This document shows positions 26,062-40,329 of a stretch of 64,000 nt of DNA, one piece after another. The stretch lies in the NCBI GenBank assembly GCA_050084985.1, contig JBITNC010000002.1, positions 15,004,001-15,068,000 on the forward strand. The letters run 5' to 3'. Every line of letters starts with the position of its first letter. Positions within the stretch are counted from its first letter, which is position 1. A program made the position numbers and the translations under genes. Origin of the DNA: Nageia nagi. Lineage: Eukaryota > Plantae > Pinophyta. The notes beneath the pieces are model-generated. The model ran no database searches. It was given only the letters and a program-made list of their open reading frames with translations, and was not told where the DNA came from.

Positions 26062-28497
26062 TATTAAGCAAAGTGACAAGATTATTGTCAACACACTCAA
26101 TTCAATCAGGTGGTTGTAGTAACAGGTTGTATCATGGATACATTGTTCAATATTCAGATAGTTCAAATGGAGATGTCTATAGTGGTGCTTCAATTTGTTT
26201 ACACCAAAAAGCCAAATTTTTAAAAGTTGCTCAAAAGTTATCAACAGTGCGAAATGTATCTTTACGCATGAATGTTGACACTTAGTGCTAGTGGACTATT
26301 TCAAGTTTCCTAAAAATTCATTCATAGTCTCAAAGGTTTTTTTCAAGCTTAGTTGCAGTGTTAGATCATGGTCATCAAGTTGTTGGTACCTATTTGGATA
26401 TTTCGATGGTTTTTCAAAAGCATGATGATTTTGCATTATCAGGTGATCAAACAGGAAAATTTATTTTTAGACATGATGACATGTGTGTTTCCAACTAATA
26501 TTAGTGTTGAATATGTTTGCATATGTTTTGGAGCAATGGTTCTCGATCTCGGTACCTTTCCGGTTATTTTTACTCTTTTTTGCCTAGTTGCCAATTTAGC
26601 TTCGAAGTCTTCAAAATTAATGCATTTTTAGAGAAACTGTAAGGATTTATGGAATGAAATTTTTACATGTTGTATATTGAAGTTCATTTGTTGTATGGTT
26701 TAAATTTTAGATCTAATGGAGTTTGAAAAATATTTGGTGATCAGTTCAAAATTGCTTTACAACAAGTTTTCTAGTTTTGAACAGTTTTATTGGCTATCAT
26801 GGAATTCATGCTAAAAGTGTTCATTGTTCATCGGTGCATCAATTTTTGAATTTGTTTTGTGGAACACCTATTAATCTTCAGGATGAACAACTTTATCTCT
26901 TGAAGAATCTTGATTTGAAACCCCGAAGTATGAGAATCTTTAATGTGCACCAAACTAAGCTTGTGTACTGTTTGACAAAATATCTTCAAATCTTCGTTGA
27001 ATGTCACTTTGCAAGAAGTGTTGTACACAATATATATGGATTTAGACCTTAAAATTTTGATAGAATATATTCATATATGTTAAGAATATGCAGTCCAAAT
27101 TTCATGTTAAATCGTGTACCTAGTGAGAAGTTGTAGCTCTTCAAAAATACCTCCGAAGCTCCATTTTCATTTTTTTCTAGTTTTGGAATGCAAAGTGTTT
27201 GACAAAATGCCTCTGTAATTTGTATGGGAATTTTTTTTTTTTTTTGCACAAAACAAGACTATGAAATGATTGACAAAATGGCTCTTTAGTTATTTGAAGA
27301 AGGCCAATGAAGTGTTTGACAAAATACCATCTGTAATTGAAGTACATCTTGTAGTTAAAAAAGTTGAGATTGAAAAGGTGTTTTAAAAAATATATTACAA
27401 CCATGAGAATAAGGGTGCTATTTAAAAAAAAAAAAATTAATGTGTGAGCCTTAATGAGAAATAGAAAAATACGTGTGCTGACAATTTTGAGTGGAGATGA
27501 TTTTCATAGATTTAAAAGTTTATTTGTTATGTGTTTAATATATACAGTAATAAGGGAATAGAAATCAAGCATTTAGGGAAGAGAGAAGGATGCTATTTGA
27601 ATGTGATAGAGCTTTTTGAAAAAGACACTAGTTTCTTTTAGTTGAGCGTAGCATATTTACATTACTATTTTTATCACTTTTTCATAGAGATTTATGAAAA
27701 TGTCTTGTTCATATTTTGATCATAACTTCTTCATACGATGTCATTTTCAACTAAAAGTTTGAGAGGAGTTAGTGAATAGATAGTTAAACAAAACCCACAA
27801 ATGGTTTAGTGATTTATAAAAGGAGGAAAAAGAACTAATTAATTTTTGGGGTTATTTTTTTCAAACTTCATTTTTGGTAACTGTCACAAAGATAATATTG
27901 ATTCCTTCATGTATAATGAACATCAATGATATGATATCATTTAAAGTGATGGCTATTCAATTTCAATGTGATGAGGTAGTGATAAATATTCCAGTACATT
28001 AATGGATGATCATTTTGAGAGCATTTGTGGATAGGTGTGCAGTATGATTGAGTTTGAGTAAATAGAAGGTCAAGAGACATAGTTGGGTGGGCAAGGATAA
28101 GAGGAGTTCATTGGATTTAGTTTGGTGTGTTCAGATTTAGAATATGAGTGTTATTTTTTCATGATAGTATGGATTCAAATATAGTGTGTGTGGAGGTGTG
28201 ATATTGAAAGCTAGACCACACAAGGTCTTATTAATACCATTATTATCTTCATCTCATCAATATTACCGAGTCAGTGCTTGGCATCGAAGTTGGTGCTCCT
28301 TGCATTTGGTGCAAAACATTATATTGGCCATCCATTTATTTTTGGTTAGATTTGGGTGGTAGCCCAAGCAGTCCATTGGCACAAGTGGTTTTCCCATATC
28401 ATGTGTTCTTGTGCGATTGCTTTATGTGATTATTTTTATTATTTGATTTTTAATTACACTGATTCACCTCCCCTCTCAATGTCATCATGGAATAACA
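26062..28497 (+). repeat. 5' LTR of the SIRE-like element
   Basis: Colinear with 33733-36202; ends GAATAACA before the PBS. Start uncertain by ~25 bp. Confidence 0.88.
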
Positions 28498-31400
28498 AGT
28501 GGTATCATATTTGATTCCTATTCAAGCTATATCAGCTAAGGAGATCTTGGTTGTGACACTATGGCAAGCAGTGAAGGTTTCTCATTAAACAAGGCACCTC
28601 TCTTTAATGGAACCAATTATGCCTTTTGGAGGATTTAGATGTAGATATATCTTAGTGCTTTGAGTTTTAGTACTTGTGATGTGATTGAAAAAGGCTACAC
28701 TCCTCCCAATATGGGTTCAATAGATGAAGTAGAAAGAAAGGCTTTTGAGTATGATGCAAAAGCAAGAAATGCTTTAATGTGCAATCTTATGGATAGCAAG
28801 TTGATGAAGGTCATGGTATGCAAGTTGGAAAAAGAAATATGGGATAAATTGAAGAGTATTCATGAAGGAGTGATAAAATAAAGGAAGAAAAACTCCAAAC
28901 ACATAGAGCTCAATTCAAAGCATTAAAGATGAACGATGATGAGATAATCGAAGCATACATGTTGCAGGTGAATGAAATTATTAGTGCCATCAGAGGTCTT
29001 GGAGAGAATATTGAAGATCAAATCATCATGTAAAAGGTATTGCAATCTCTCCCATGTCATTATGATTCAAAGGTGTCTGGTATAGAAGAAGCTAAAAATT
29101 TGAATACTTTTAGTATGGATGAAATGCATGGGTCACTAACTGCTTATGAAATGAGAATTAGAAAATCAAAACGTTCAAAAAAAGAAGCAACATTTAAAGC
29201 CAACAAAAGTACAAAAGCTAAATCAGATTCTAATGATGAGGAACAATCGGATGGTGCAAAAGCAAACTTTGTTAGAAAGCTAAAAAGAAGAAAAGGTAAA
29301 TATAAGGGCAAGTTGCCTTTTAGATGTTTTAATTATGGTGATGTTGGTCATTTTGCAGTGAAATGTCCATACAAGAAAAATGATAAAAATGATCAAGGAT
29401 CACACTTTGAGAAAAATTACAAGAAGAAATTTTTTTTAAGGAAAGTAAAATCAAATAGGCAAAGCTTCATGTCTAGAAACGAAAGCTCTACACATGACGG
29501 TTCTAGTGATGATTCAGATGAAGAATGCAATGAAGCATTATTTATGGCATTTGAAGAGAAAGAAAAAGGTAAAGAGTGGAAAGAAGGAGAGACGGATGAA
29601 GAATATGATTTCAAGGTTGAGGTTAATCTTGAAGAAGAATTGGTAGTAGCTTTGAACAAATTGGATAAGGAAAGAAAGAAAAATAAGAAAATCTCAAAAA
29701 GGCTTGATGATGCAAGTGGTGTTATAGAAAGCTCAAAAGTAGAGATGGAAGAATACAAGAAGATTAATGAGGAGTTGGAGGCACAACTTCCTGTAACAAT
29801 CAAAAACTATAGTAAGCTTGAAGAAGAAATAGTTGGGCTACGTATGCAACTAGAGGAAGTCATCAAGAAGATTAGTTCCTATGAGTACCTACAAGGAAGA
29901 TCAACCAAGCTTAGTGATATCATCAATAGTCAAAGAACATCTTCAGATAAGTTTGGTTTGGGATATGAACAAGGATAGTCTTCCAACAATACAAAGAAGG
30001 AAAATATTGAAACAACTAAGAAGATAGCTTAGGATTGGAGGATGATGGCTTCACATAGGTACAATCAAGAAAAAGACCTTATGCAGTACTAAGGAGTTTT
30101 TAGTAATACACCAACTTCATATATCCTTTCAATGGATATTGTTTTAAATACAATACTTATGGACACAAAATTTTAGATTGTAAGTATAATATTGCTCCAA
30201 GAACTTTTATTACTAGAAATGCTTTTGGTCCGCTAATGGAGTATAAAGTTGAATGCTATAATTGTCATGATTTTGGACACATTGCTAGATTTTGTAGAAG
30301 CAAGTATGGAATGAGTTCCTTTCCACCTAAATAGTTTCCTCCTATGAGAAAAAATAGATAATTTCAAAGAAGGCCCCCATAAGAAGAAGAAAAGGAGAAT
30401 CTTAAAAAAGAATCTGAAGCAAAAGTAAAATAAGTTTGGAAAGAAAAGGAGAAATTCAAAGATGATAAGGAGTAATTGATTGTTCAAATGACATTCAAAG
30501 TTCAAGATAAACCATCATCATGAATATTAAATAGTGAATGCTCAAGCCATATGATAAGTGAAAAAAGGAAATTTCAAAATTTATAACAATATGAAGGTGG
30601 ATCAGTTAGATTTGGAAAAATGATGGCACAAAGATTATTGGCAAGGGGATGATCAAAATAAATGATGGCAAAATCATATCCAAAGAGATTTTATTTGCTC
30701 TTGGTCTAAAGATCGAAGGGAAAATAATGGCAAGTTTGTGGTGTTTGGTACAAGAACATGTGCCAACCTATATACCTTGTCAGATATTTCAGAGAGATCA
30801 TGTCTTCTAAGCAAGGAGAGTGATGATTGGATATGGCATAAAAGACTAGGACATATTATTTTCAAAAACTTAGTGAGCATTTGCTCAAAAAGGGTAGTAA
30901 GGGATATCCCTAGGATTAGAAAACCATCAAATGATATTTGTGATTCATGTCAAAAGGGAAAGCAAACACAACCAAGGTTCAAGGTGAAGGAATATTACAC
31001 AAGAAAACCATTGAAGATAATTCATGCCGACCTCTACAAACTGATGAGGACAAAAAGCATCAATGGAGATAAGTATTTTATGTTATTCATAAATGATTAT
31101 TAAAGAATTACTTGGGTGCAATTCTTGAAACATAAATCTAAAGCATTTGAGATGTTTAAGCCTTTAAGAATCAAGTAGAAAATCAGATAGAAAGAAGAAT
31201 CAAATTCCTTCCTTTAGAGAGGAGATGAGTTCATTTTTTATGAGATTTTTGAGGTTTGCTTAGAACATGGAATTAAAATATAATTTTCTATAGCAAGAAT
31301 TCCATAATAAAATGGAGTAGTTGAAGTAAAAAATAGGGTTATGCAAGAAATGGCTTGAACTATGTCGACAAAAAGTAAAGTTACTGACAGGTTTTGGAAA

Positions 31401-33732
31401 GAAGTAGTGTATATTCAAAATAGATACTTATTGAGGCCACATGAGGATAAAATAATATATGAATTGTAGTTTAGGAGAAAAGCCACAGTTAGGTACTTTA
31501 AGATCTTTGGCAGTAAATGTTACATCAAGATGACAAAGGAGAATTTGGGAAAGTTTGAGGATAGAGCCAATGAAGGTATTTTTCTTGGTTACTCTTCAAA
31601 GAGTAAAGCATACAGGTGTTACAACAAGAGGACAAAAATTATGGTGGATAGTGCTGATGTTCATGTTGATGAACAAAGATATTCCAAAGAGCAATGATGA
31701 TGAAAATTTTCCTATCTATGAAAACTTAATTAAAAGTGATGAAAAATATAAGAACAAATCTAAACCATAGGTACAACAATCGAACGTAAAGAAATAAGAA
31801 GAGTCAAGCTCTCAAAGTGACTCAAATGGGTGTTCAAAAAATGGAGAGGAAGAAGAAGATGAAAATTTAAAATCTTCATTAGGTAGTTTGCATAAGGATC
31901 ACCTATGGGATCAAATTATTGGTAATTTTTGTGCAAGTATCCAAACTCGCAAAATGGCTTTATATAATTATTCTCTCTTATCCATCATAGAGCCTAAAAA
32001 TGTTGTTGAGGCTAGTCAAGATGAAAGTTGGGTAAAAGAAATGGAGGAAGAGCTCACACAAATTGAAGAGAATGAAACTTGGGAACTTATTCCTAGACCA
32101 AAGAACAAAAATGTGATTGGCACAAAATGGGTCTTTTGTAACAAATTAAATGAAGATGTATAGGTAATTCGAAACAAATATAGATTGGTTTGCAGGGGAT
32201 ATGCTCAAGTTAAAGGAATTGACTTTGAAGAAACTTTTACATTGATGGCTCGACTTGAGGTAATTCACATGTTTCTTGCTCTTGTCATTTACAAAAAATT
32301 TAAAGTTTATCAAATGGATGTCAAATCGGCATTCTTGAATGGAAAACTAGATGAAGAGGTATATATTAAGCAACCTGATGGATTCCAGCTATCAAATAAT
32401 TTGGATATGGTATGCAAGTTGAAGAGAGCACTTTATGGTTTAAAACAAGCACCTCATGATTGGTACTCAAGATTGGACACCTTTTTATGGTAATAAGGGT
32501 TTAAGAAAGGTATGGTTGATAGCAATCTATATGTTAAGTCAAATAAAAATTTTCAGATCATTATTGTCATGTATGTTGATGACATTATTTTTGGCAATAG
32601 CAAAGATGAACTATGTAAGGAGTTTTCTAATCAAATGCTAAGTGAGTTTGAAATATCTATGATAGGTGAGCTTGCATATTTCCTTGGCCTTCAAGTAAAT
32701 CAATTGAAAAATGGTATTTTAATTTATCAAATCAAATATGTTAAGGATATGTTAAAGAAATTCACAATGGAGGATTGCAACCCAGTTAATACTCCTATGA
32801 CCATGAGATGCAAATTGAGCAAAGATGAAAAGTCACCACCTGTACAATGTATAGATCTATGATTAAGAGCATGTTGTACTTGACAGATACTAGATCAAAC
32901 ATACTACAAGCAATTTGTATGGTGGCTCAATTTCAAGCTAGCCTTAAAGAGACACATGTCATCATGGTAAAGAGAAGTTTCAGATATCTTAAGGGGATAA
33001 TGGATTTTGGTCTTTGGTACCGACATGGAAAAGACTTCACACTCATTACTTACTCAGATGTAGATTGGGAAGAATGCATTAATGACAGAAAGAGCACTAG
33101 TGGAAATGCATTTTATCTTGAATATGAGTTGTTTGCTTGGTATAGTAAGAAATAAGATTCAGTATCATTATCTATAGCAGAGGTCAAGTATATAGCTACC
33201 ATGACTTATTGCACATAGATACTTTAGATGAAACAAACTCTGAAAGATCTTGTTATATAGGTTAGTGAGCCCAGTTTCATCATGTGTGATAATATTAGTG
33301 CCATCAATATTTCAAAGAATTTGTTGATGCACTCAAGAATAAAGCATATTTCCATAAGGTATCATTTTTTAAAAGAAAGTGGTGAAAGGAGAAGTAAAGT
33401 TGGATTTTGTTCCAACAATAGAGCAAGTAGTAGATACATTTACCAAACCTTTTCCAAAGGAAGTTTTTGAGTATCTTCATAAGAAATTGGGAGTGGTTGC
33501 ACTTCCTAAGCATTAGATGGTTCTCAAGATCACATTCTAAGGGGCAGCATCTCTGCTTTCTCTTATTTTTTGCTTCCATTTGTGTTATTTTTTGTGTGTG
33601 GTAATATTTGCCTAAGAATGTTGTGCATGGACTCAAGGGGAATTCATGATATCCCTTTTTTATTGTTATCAAAGGGGGAGAAAAGTGTCAAGATGATAGT
33701 CGTGTGTTACCAACAATTCCAAAGGGGGAGAT

Positions 33733-36202
33733 TATTGAGCAAAGTGATGAGATTGTTGTCATTATTGTCAACACACTTAGTTTGATCAAGTGGTTATAGT
33801 GACAGGTTGTATCATGCATGTATTTCTTGATGTTTAGATAATTCATATAGAAATGTGTATAGTGTTGCTTCAATCTATTTACATTGAAAAGTTAAAATAG
33901 CAAAAATTGCAATTCTTGCAAAAGTTACTCAAAAGTTGTCAATAGTGTGAAATGTGTCTTTACACATGAATGTTGATACTTAGTGCTAATGGAGTATTTT
34001 GGGTTCTCCAACATGTCATTCATAGGCTCAAAGGTTATTTTTGAGCTTAGTTGTAGTGTTGGATCATGGTCATCCAATTGTTGGTACTTGTTTAGGTCTT
34101 CCAATGGTTTTTTTAAAGATGATGATTTTGCATTACAGGGTGATCGAATAGGATGATTCAATGTTGTACATGATGAAATGTGTGTTTCCAACTCATGGTT
34201 CTTAATCTTGGTACCTTTCCAATTATTTTTACTCTTTTTGGCCTAATTGCCAATTTAACTTCTAAGGATTTCAAATTGATGCATTTTTAGAGAAACTGTA
34301 AGGAGTTATGGAATGAAAGTTTTACAGGTTGTATATCAAAGTACATTTATTGTATGGTTTAAATTTCAAATCTAATGGGGTTCAAAAAAAAAATTGGTGA
34401 TCAATTCAAAATGACTTTGCAACAAGTTTTCTAGTTTTGAACAGTTTTATTGGCTAAGTCATGGAATTCGTGTTGAGAGTGTTTCTCATTCATTAATGCA
34501 TAAATTTTAAAAAAAAATTATGTTACACCTATAACTCATTAATATGAACAATTTTTTCTCTTCAAGAATCTTGATTTGAAGCCCCAAAGTATGAGAATCT
34601 TTAATATGCACCAAACTAAGCTTGCGTATTGTTTAACAAAATATCTTCAAATCTTCATCAAAGGCCACTTTGTGAGAAGTTCTATGTGCAATATATATGG
34701 ATTTAGAACTTACAATTTTAATAGAATGTATTTAGTTATGTTAAGAATATGTGGTCCAAATGTCGTGTTAAATCGTGCACCCAATGAGAAGTTGTAGCTC
34801 TTTGAAAATGCCTCTAGAGCTTTATTTTCATGTTTTTCCAATTTTGGAATGCAAAGTGTTTGACAAAATGCCTTTGGAATTTGTATGGAAAATTTTTTTT
34901 CACAAAATAGGGCTTTGACATGATTGATGAAATGGCTCCTTAGTTGTTTGAAGAAGGCCAATGAAGTGTTTGACAAAATACCACCTATCATTAAAGTACA
35001 TCTGGCAGTTACAAAAGTTGAGATGGAAAATGTGCTTTAAAAAATATATTAAAACCATAAGAATAAGGGTGCTATTTAAAAAATAAATAGTGTGCGAGCC
35101 TTAATGAGAAATAGAAAAACACATGTGTGCCAACAATTTTGAGTGGAAATGATTTTCGTAGATTTAAAAGTTTTTTTTGTTTAATATATGTAGGAATAAG
35201 GGAATAAAAGTCAGGAATTCAAGGAAGAGAGAAGGATGCTATTTGAATGCGATGGAGATTTGTGAAGAAAATACCAATTTCTTTTAGTTGAGCATAGCAT
35301 ATTTACATTACCATTTTCATCACTTTTTCATAGAGATTTATGAAAATGTCTTGTTCATATTTTGATCATAACTTCTTCATATGGTGTTGTTTTTAGCTAA
35401 AAGTTTGAGGGGAGTTAGTGAATAGATAGTTCAACAAAACATAGATATGGTTTAGGGATTTATAAAATGAGAAAGATAACTAATTGATTTTTGAGGCTTT
35501 TTTCATACTGCATTTTTGGCAATCATCATAAAGATAATATTGATTCTTTCATGTATAACGAACATCAATGATAAGATATCATTTAGAGTGATGGTTATTC
35601 AATTTTAGTGTGATGAGGTAGTGATAAATATTCTTGTACATTAATGGATGACCATTTTGAGAGTATTTATGGATAAGTGTGTAGTACGATTGAGTTTGAG
35701 TAAATACAAGTTCAAGAGACATGGTTGGGTGAGCAAGAATAAGTGGAGTTCATCAGATTCAATTTGGAGTGTTCATATTCAGAATGTGAGTGTGATTATG
35801 TCATGACAGTGTGGATTCAAATATAGTGTGTGTGGAGGTGTGATATTGAGAACTAGACCACACAGGGTCTTATTGATACCATTCTTATCTTCATCTCATC
35901 ATTATTTTTGAGTCGATGCTTGGCATCGAAGTTGGTGCTAGTTGCACTTGGTGCTACAAAATTATACGAGTTAGTTGGTACTATTCTTGCAGTTGGTATT
36001 GCAAAATATTGTATTGGCCATCCATTTATTTTTTATTGGATTTGGGTGGTAGCCTAAGTAGTCCATTAGCACAAGTGGTTTTCCCACACTAGGTTCCACT
36101 ATACATCCTTTGTTCTTATGTGATTGCTTTGTGTGATTTTTTTATTATTCAATTTTTAATTACACGGATTCACCCCCCTCTCAGTGTCACTGTAGAATAA
36201 CA
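33733..36202 (+). repeat. 3' LTR of the SIRE-like element
   Basis: Follows the PPT and ends GAATAACA. Confidence 0.88.
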
Positions 36203-37224
36203 AAAATAATAGTTTGGTCTAATGTATACAAGTAATAAAGGCTCCAACTAGGGGTGATTAAGATACACATATATGCCTCAAATCTAAAAATCAATTTGAG
36301 CATATATCAAAGATTCTTAATTGTATAATGCAAGCATAAGTGAGATATACCTTAAAAGGTGTAAGGGCTAATATATCCTAGATAAGCATGATTTAATTAA
36401 CAATAATTCCTTAAACAAGAGAAATAGTAGGTAGAGGGATAACATAGGTTATCATGGATGATGAAGAGAAAGAGGAGGGGTTAGCCCTAACGTGTGAGGT
36501 TAGAGGAGGTAATAAGGGATCCTTGAAGGTAGTAAGCGATACAAAAGTGAATAGTGATGATATTTAACATAAGGAGCTTATGGATAAGTTTGAGAAATTA
36601 CTCTCTTGACCCCAATATTCAACATCATGGATATGATATCCAAGATGCATAATTATCATGATCTTATAGTAATGTAGATATGGTTTTAAGTAATTATTTT
36701 TAAATATTTATATTTTATTGCTTATATTAATATAAAAATATTATTTATTAATTTTGGTGATAGAACCTAATGGTACATGTATCCATGATCATTTATAATG
36801 CACTACTAGAAAATGAAGGATTTGTGTCATAATTTGCATTCAAATGTTTTGTTATTTTTTTTATTTTGTTCACTAGAATTTGATGCAAAAACTGATGCAA
36901 ATGATATATCAAAATTTGTGTCTATTTATGCATCCTTTTTTATCATTTTTTACATCTTTTATTTGCATTAAATTACATTTTTTCATCCTCTTGCATCGAA
37001 TCATGCATTTTTTGCATCTTTTTTGCATCAATTGGGGTCTATTTTGGCATCTTTTTTTTACAACCTTTGGTGTCTGATCTAACATCATTTTTTGAGTCCA
37101 ATAAATTATGTCGATTTTGTTGACAAAATTAAAAAAATAATTTATTTTAAATATATAATATAATTTATTTTAATTTGATTAATTTGATAATTAAAATATA
37201 TTTTAATTTTATATCAAAATATAT

Positions 37225-37480
37225 ACCCCAAAAATACCAAAATACGTAAAAAAATAGGCCAAAGTACTCTAAAATACGCCAAAATGGGTTAAATACACTA
37301 AAATATGCCAAAACTTATATATACATCAAAATGATAACATATACATCAAAATACGCCAAAATGATATACATATAAACATCTAAATATGCCAAAATGATAT
37401 ACATCTATACATCAAAATGATATACATTTGTATCATGACATCCACATCATATAGTATATCAAAAATGATACAATGGTATC
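37225..37480. repeat. Short-period tandem repeats (CAAAATACGC / CAAAATGATATACAT) inside the CACTA element
   Basis: Direct reading. Confidence 0.75.
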
Positions 37481-37783
37481 TTCATCATGAGTACATAGTA
37501 CTAGCCCTCGATATCAACTTCCTTGCCAGATGACTCACTACCTGAGCCACTACCATGACTAATTGACTTGCTAGCTGACTCATTACGATCATCTGATATT
37601 CTTATAGTCTTATGTGATTTACAAGCACCAAACAAATCATATCCAAACACCTAATTTAGGTTTTATGGGCATTTTGGAAATAAAGTTCAAAGTTTCATCT
37701 AGATAGCCTACATAACTAAGAAGTTCAATAATGTATATATAATTATTCATCCTAAGAAAAAATATTTTAAGATAACCATTCAA

Positions 37784-37985
37784 TTAGGGTTGGTTCCCAA
37801 GTAATACAAATGTTATATTGTTAAGGTTGGTTCTCAAGTGTAACTTCATTAAATGAAAGAGTTTAAGGGAATCCTTTTATAGTCATGTAAATAGTTCATA
37901 AAACCATACTTGCATCATGAATCTTGTCAAATAATTCTCATACGTTAATGTGTGGTCTTTCATATTTTGCATCCATGTTTGCCAT
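37784..37985 (-). pseudogene. PPR gene fragment inside the CACTA element
   Basis: Nucleotide match to 24722-24890: TTAGGGTTGGTTCCCAAGT, AAGAGTTT.AGGGAATCCTT, TTGCATCATG.ATCTTGTCAAATAATTC. Translates to ELFDKIHDA and KDSLKLFHLMK. Confidence 0.8.
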
Positions 37986-39464
37986 ATTTCAGAAAGGTGA
38001 ATGTCTAAGGTAGTCGAATTTTATAATAAAAAATGACTTAAAAATATTTTTTTACTTGTTTAAGTTTTTTTGATGCAAAATGGTATCAGAAATTACATCT
38101 GAATGCCTTAGATAATCTCGAAAGTTTTTCTTTTAGATTTCACATTAACATTAATTTATAATTTTGCATCCATTTTTACATGTGTGTCGAATTTTGCATC
38201 AAAAAAAGTGAAAAATTAAAAAAATTAAAATAATGTATGTCGACGTAGTGGGACACAAGTTAACTTTGATTTTTAATTTTCATATTTGAAGACACAAAAA
38301 AGGATGCAAATAGACCTTTTCCTAATAGTGATGGCATTATAAGCTTATTATAATGGCTAATTTGATCTTATAATCAAATCATGTATGAGATTAGATAAAA
38401 TGTTAATTACAAAATCATCAACATTAATAGCCTTGATAAGCTTATTTTAGATATTGAGTGAAGATGAATAAATGATAAGTATTATCAAGCATATAAGAAT
38501 AAAGATGGTCTGGTTAGAGGAGAGAGGCTCTTATGAAGACCATGTGCCATAACTCCAACACCATCTGATGAGAGGATATATATATAAGGGTTTTCATATG
38601 GAGTACTATAAGTGACTTACTAGTTATTAAGATTTTTAATATACAATCAAACAATTAGATCCATGAGGATGATGGATATGATCACACCTTCATCACAACA
38701 AGCATCAAAGATCTCAATGGAGGGACATAAAGAAAGGGATCATTAACCTAGAGAGAGAGGGACATATCCATTTTTTAATAATAAAACATTACTTGCATAG
38801 AATTCCCTGAAGCTAAGATACCACAACCAAGGGGTATCTATTCTATCAAATTCAGTTGGGGATCGCATTTATCCTCATCCGCACCTACCATCATCCAACA
38901 AGATTTGCAATTATATCCAATTGTTAAAGGGGATAAGATTTGAAACTAGGTCACACACATTTTAATATTTTTAGCTACCCTCTACCTAACAACTCCTCTA
39001 ACATGTTCACGTGACCTATCCAATTTTGACTCCAGGAAAAAAATATTATGCTAGAATTTTAACTATCTCATTCTTATGAAGATTTATGTCTATGAATTTG
39101 ATACTAATGAAGAATAATATTTATTGGATTAAATCTTGATTTCCTTATGTACTTATTTAAAATTTTCTATTGCATGAAATATAGCATAAAGTAATGAAAG
39201 AAAGTATTAAAGTAACAAAATCATATTATGTATGGAAAATAAAACTTATATCACATGATTAAGTAAAAAAAGTCTTTAAATAAAATAAAGAAAAGTAAAC
39301 GCATGAATATAAAAAATTATACAAATTTTAAACTGTATAAAATAAGCATGTAATAATTATCTACTTAGATATATACTTATGTTAAGTATATATATTAAAA
39401 AAAATTATATGTAAATAATGAAATAAATAATAAATACTTTTAAAAGATAATATAATTAAAATAA

Positions 39465-39905
39465 GGGAAAATTATGAAAATACCTTTATATTTTATCGTA
39501 ATTACAAAAATACCCCTACTTTTTTCAAAATTCCCTCAAATAATCAATTTATGTGTGCTAAAATATGATATAATAGAACACACATCCATAAAAAATGGAA
39601 ATTCTTTAAATATAATGCATATGAGAATTATGAATAATGTGGCAGAGGGAGATATGGAAGAAAACAACATGCAATTAGACGTAAATTGAAAGCACCGCTT
39701 GAGGACTGTGTGAAATTTATTACGTTTGTGAAAATTGAGATGGAAGGAGCAATCGTACAAGCATGTTGTCCTCCTTGAAGAAACATTTTTAGTAGAGTAT
39801 GGAGTACAAACATAAGACTATATAAAGGTATTTTCGTAATTTTAGAAAAAATAAAAGTATTTTCATAATTATGATAAAATATAAAAATATTTTCATAATG
39901 TTTCT
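39465..39905. mobile_element. Non-autonomous Mutator-like element (MULE) with ~280 bp of unrelated internal sequence
   Basis: TIRs GGGAAAATTATGAAAATACC... and ...TATTTTCATAATGTTTCT (~75 bp). Perfect 9-bp TSD TTAAAATAA at 39456-39464 and 39906-39914. Confidence 0.88.
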
Positions 39906-40329
39906 TTAAAATAAATGTAAAAATTATAAAATGACATAATTGAAATAAACAAACAAAGCAAACTATATGTAATTAATGAAATCAATAATTAATATTTTTT
40001 AAATAATATAATAAAAATAAAAGTAAAAATAATAAAATTACAATTGGCAAATCAACAATGATAAAGAGGATCAAAACAAAAGAATAAGTAACAATCTACA
40101 TTGATAAAGAGTATCAAAACAAGAAGTTCACTCAAATACAATGATACAAACGACATTTAAAAAAAAATAAATAAATAAACAAGTTCCTAAAATTTACCAA
40201 GTGAAAAAATTATCTAAAACTAAGAGATAAAGAATCCGTATATTTTAACGAGCAACTATAATTTGCATACTGTCCTAGATGATTGATACAACTATTCTCA
40301 ATTATCTACATCTAATTTAGTTGTAGCCT

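Larger units (their letters stand above)
26062..36202 (+). mobile_element. Degenerate Ty1/Copia element, SIRE/Maximus-like, with ~2.45-kb LTRs and no env-like ORF
   Basis: LTRs at ~26062-28497 and ~33733-36202; PBS TGGTATCA at 28500. gag starts at 28561 (KAPLFNGTNYAFW) with a coiled coil and three knuckles. Also WHKRLGH, integrase, RT ([21 protein letters not shown]) and RNase H to ~33515. Repeated AAAGGGGGAGA PPTs at 33671 and 33721. No TSD found. Confidence 0.9.
36801..38330. mobile_element. Non-autonomous CACTA (En/Spm) element carrying a PPR fragment
   Basis: Termini CACTACTAGAAAA and TTTTCCTAATAGTG. 3-bp TSD ATG at 36798-36800 and 38331-38333. Subterminal repeats TGATGCAAA/TTTGCATC at both ends. 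No transposase seen. Confidence 0.88.
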
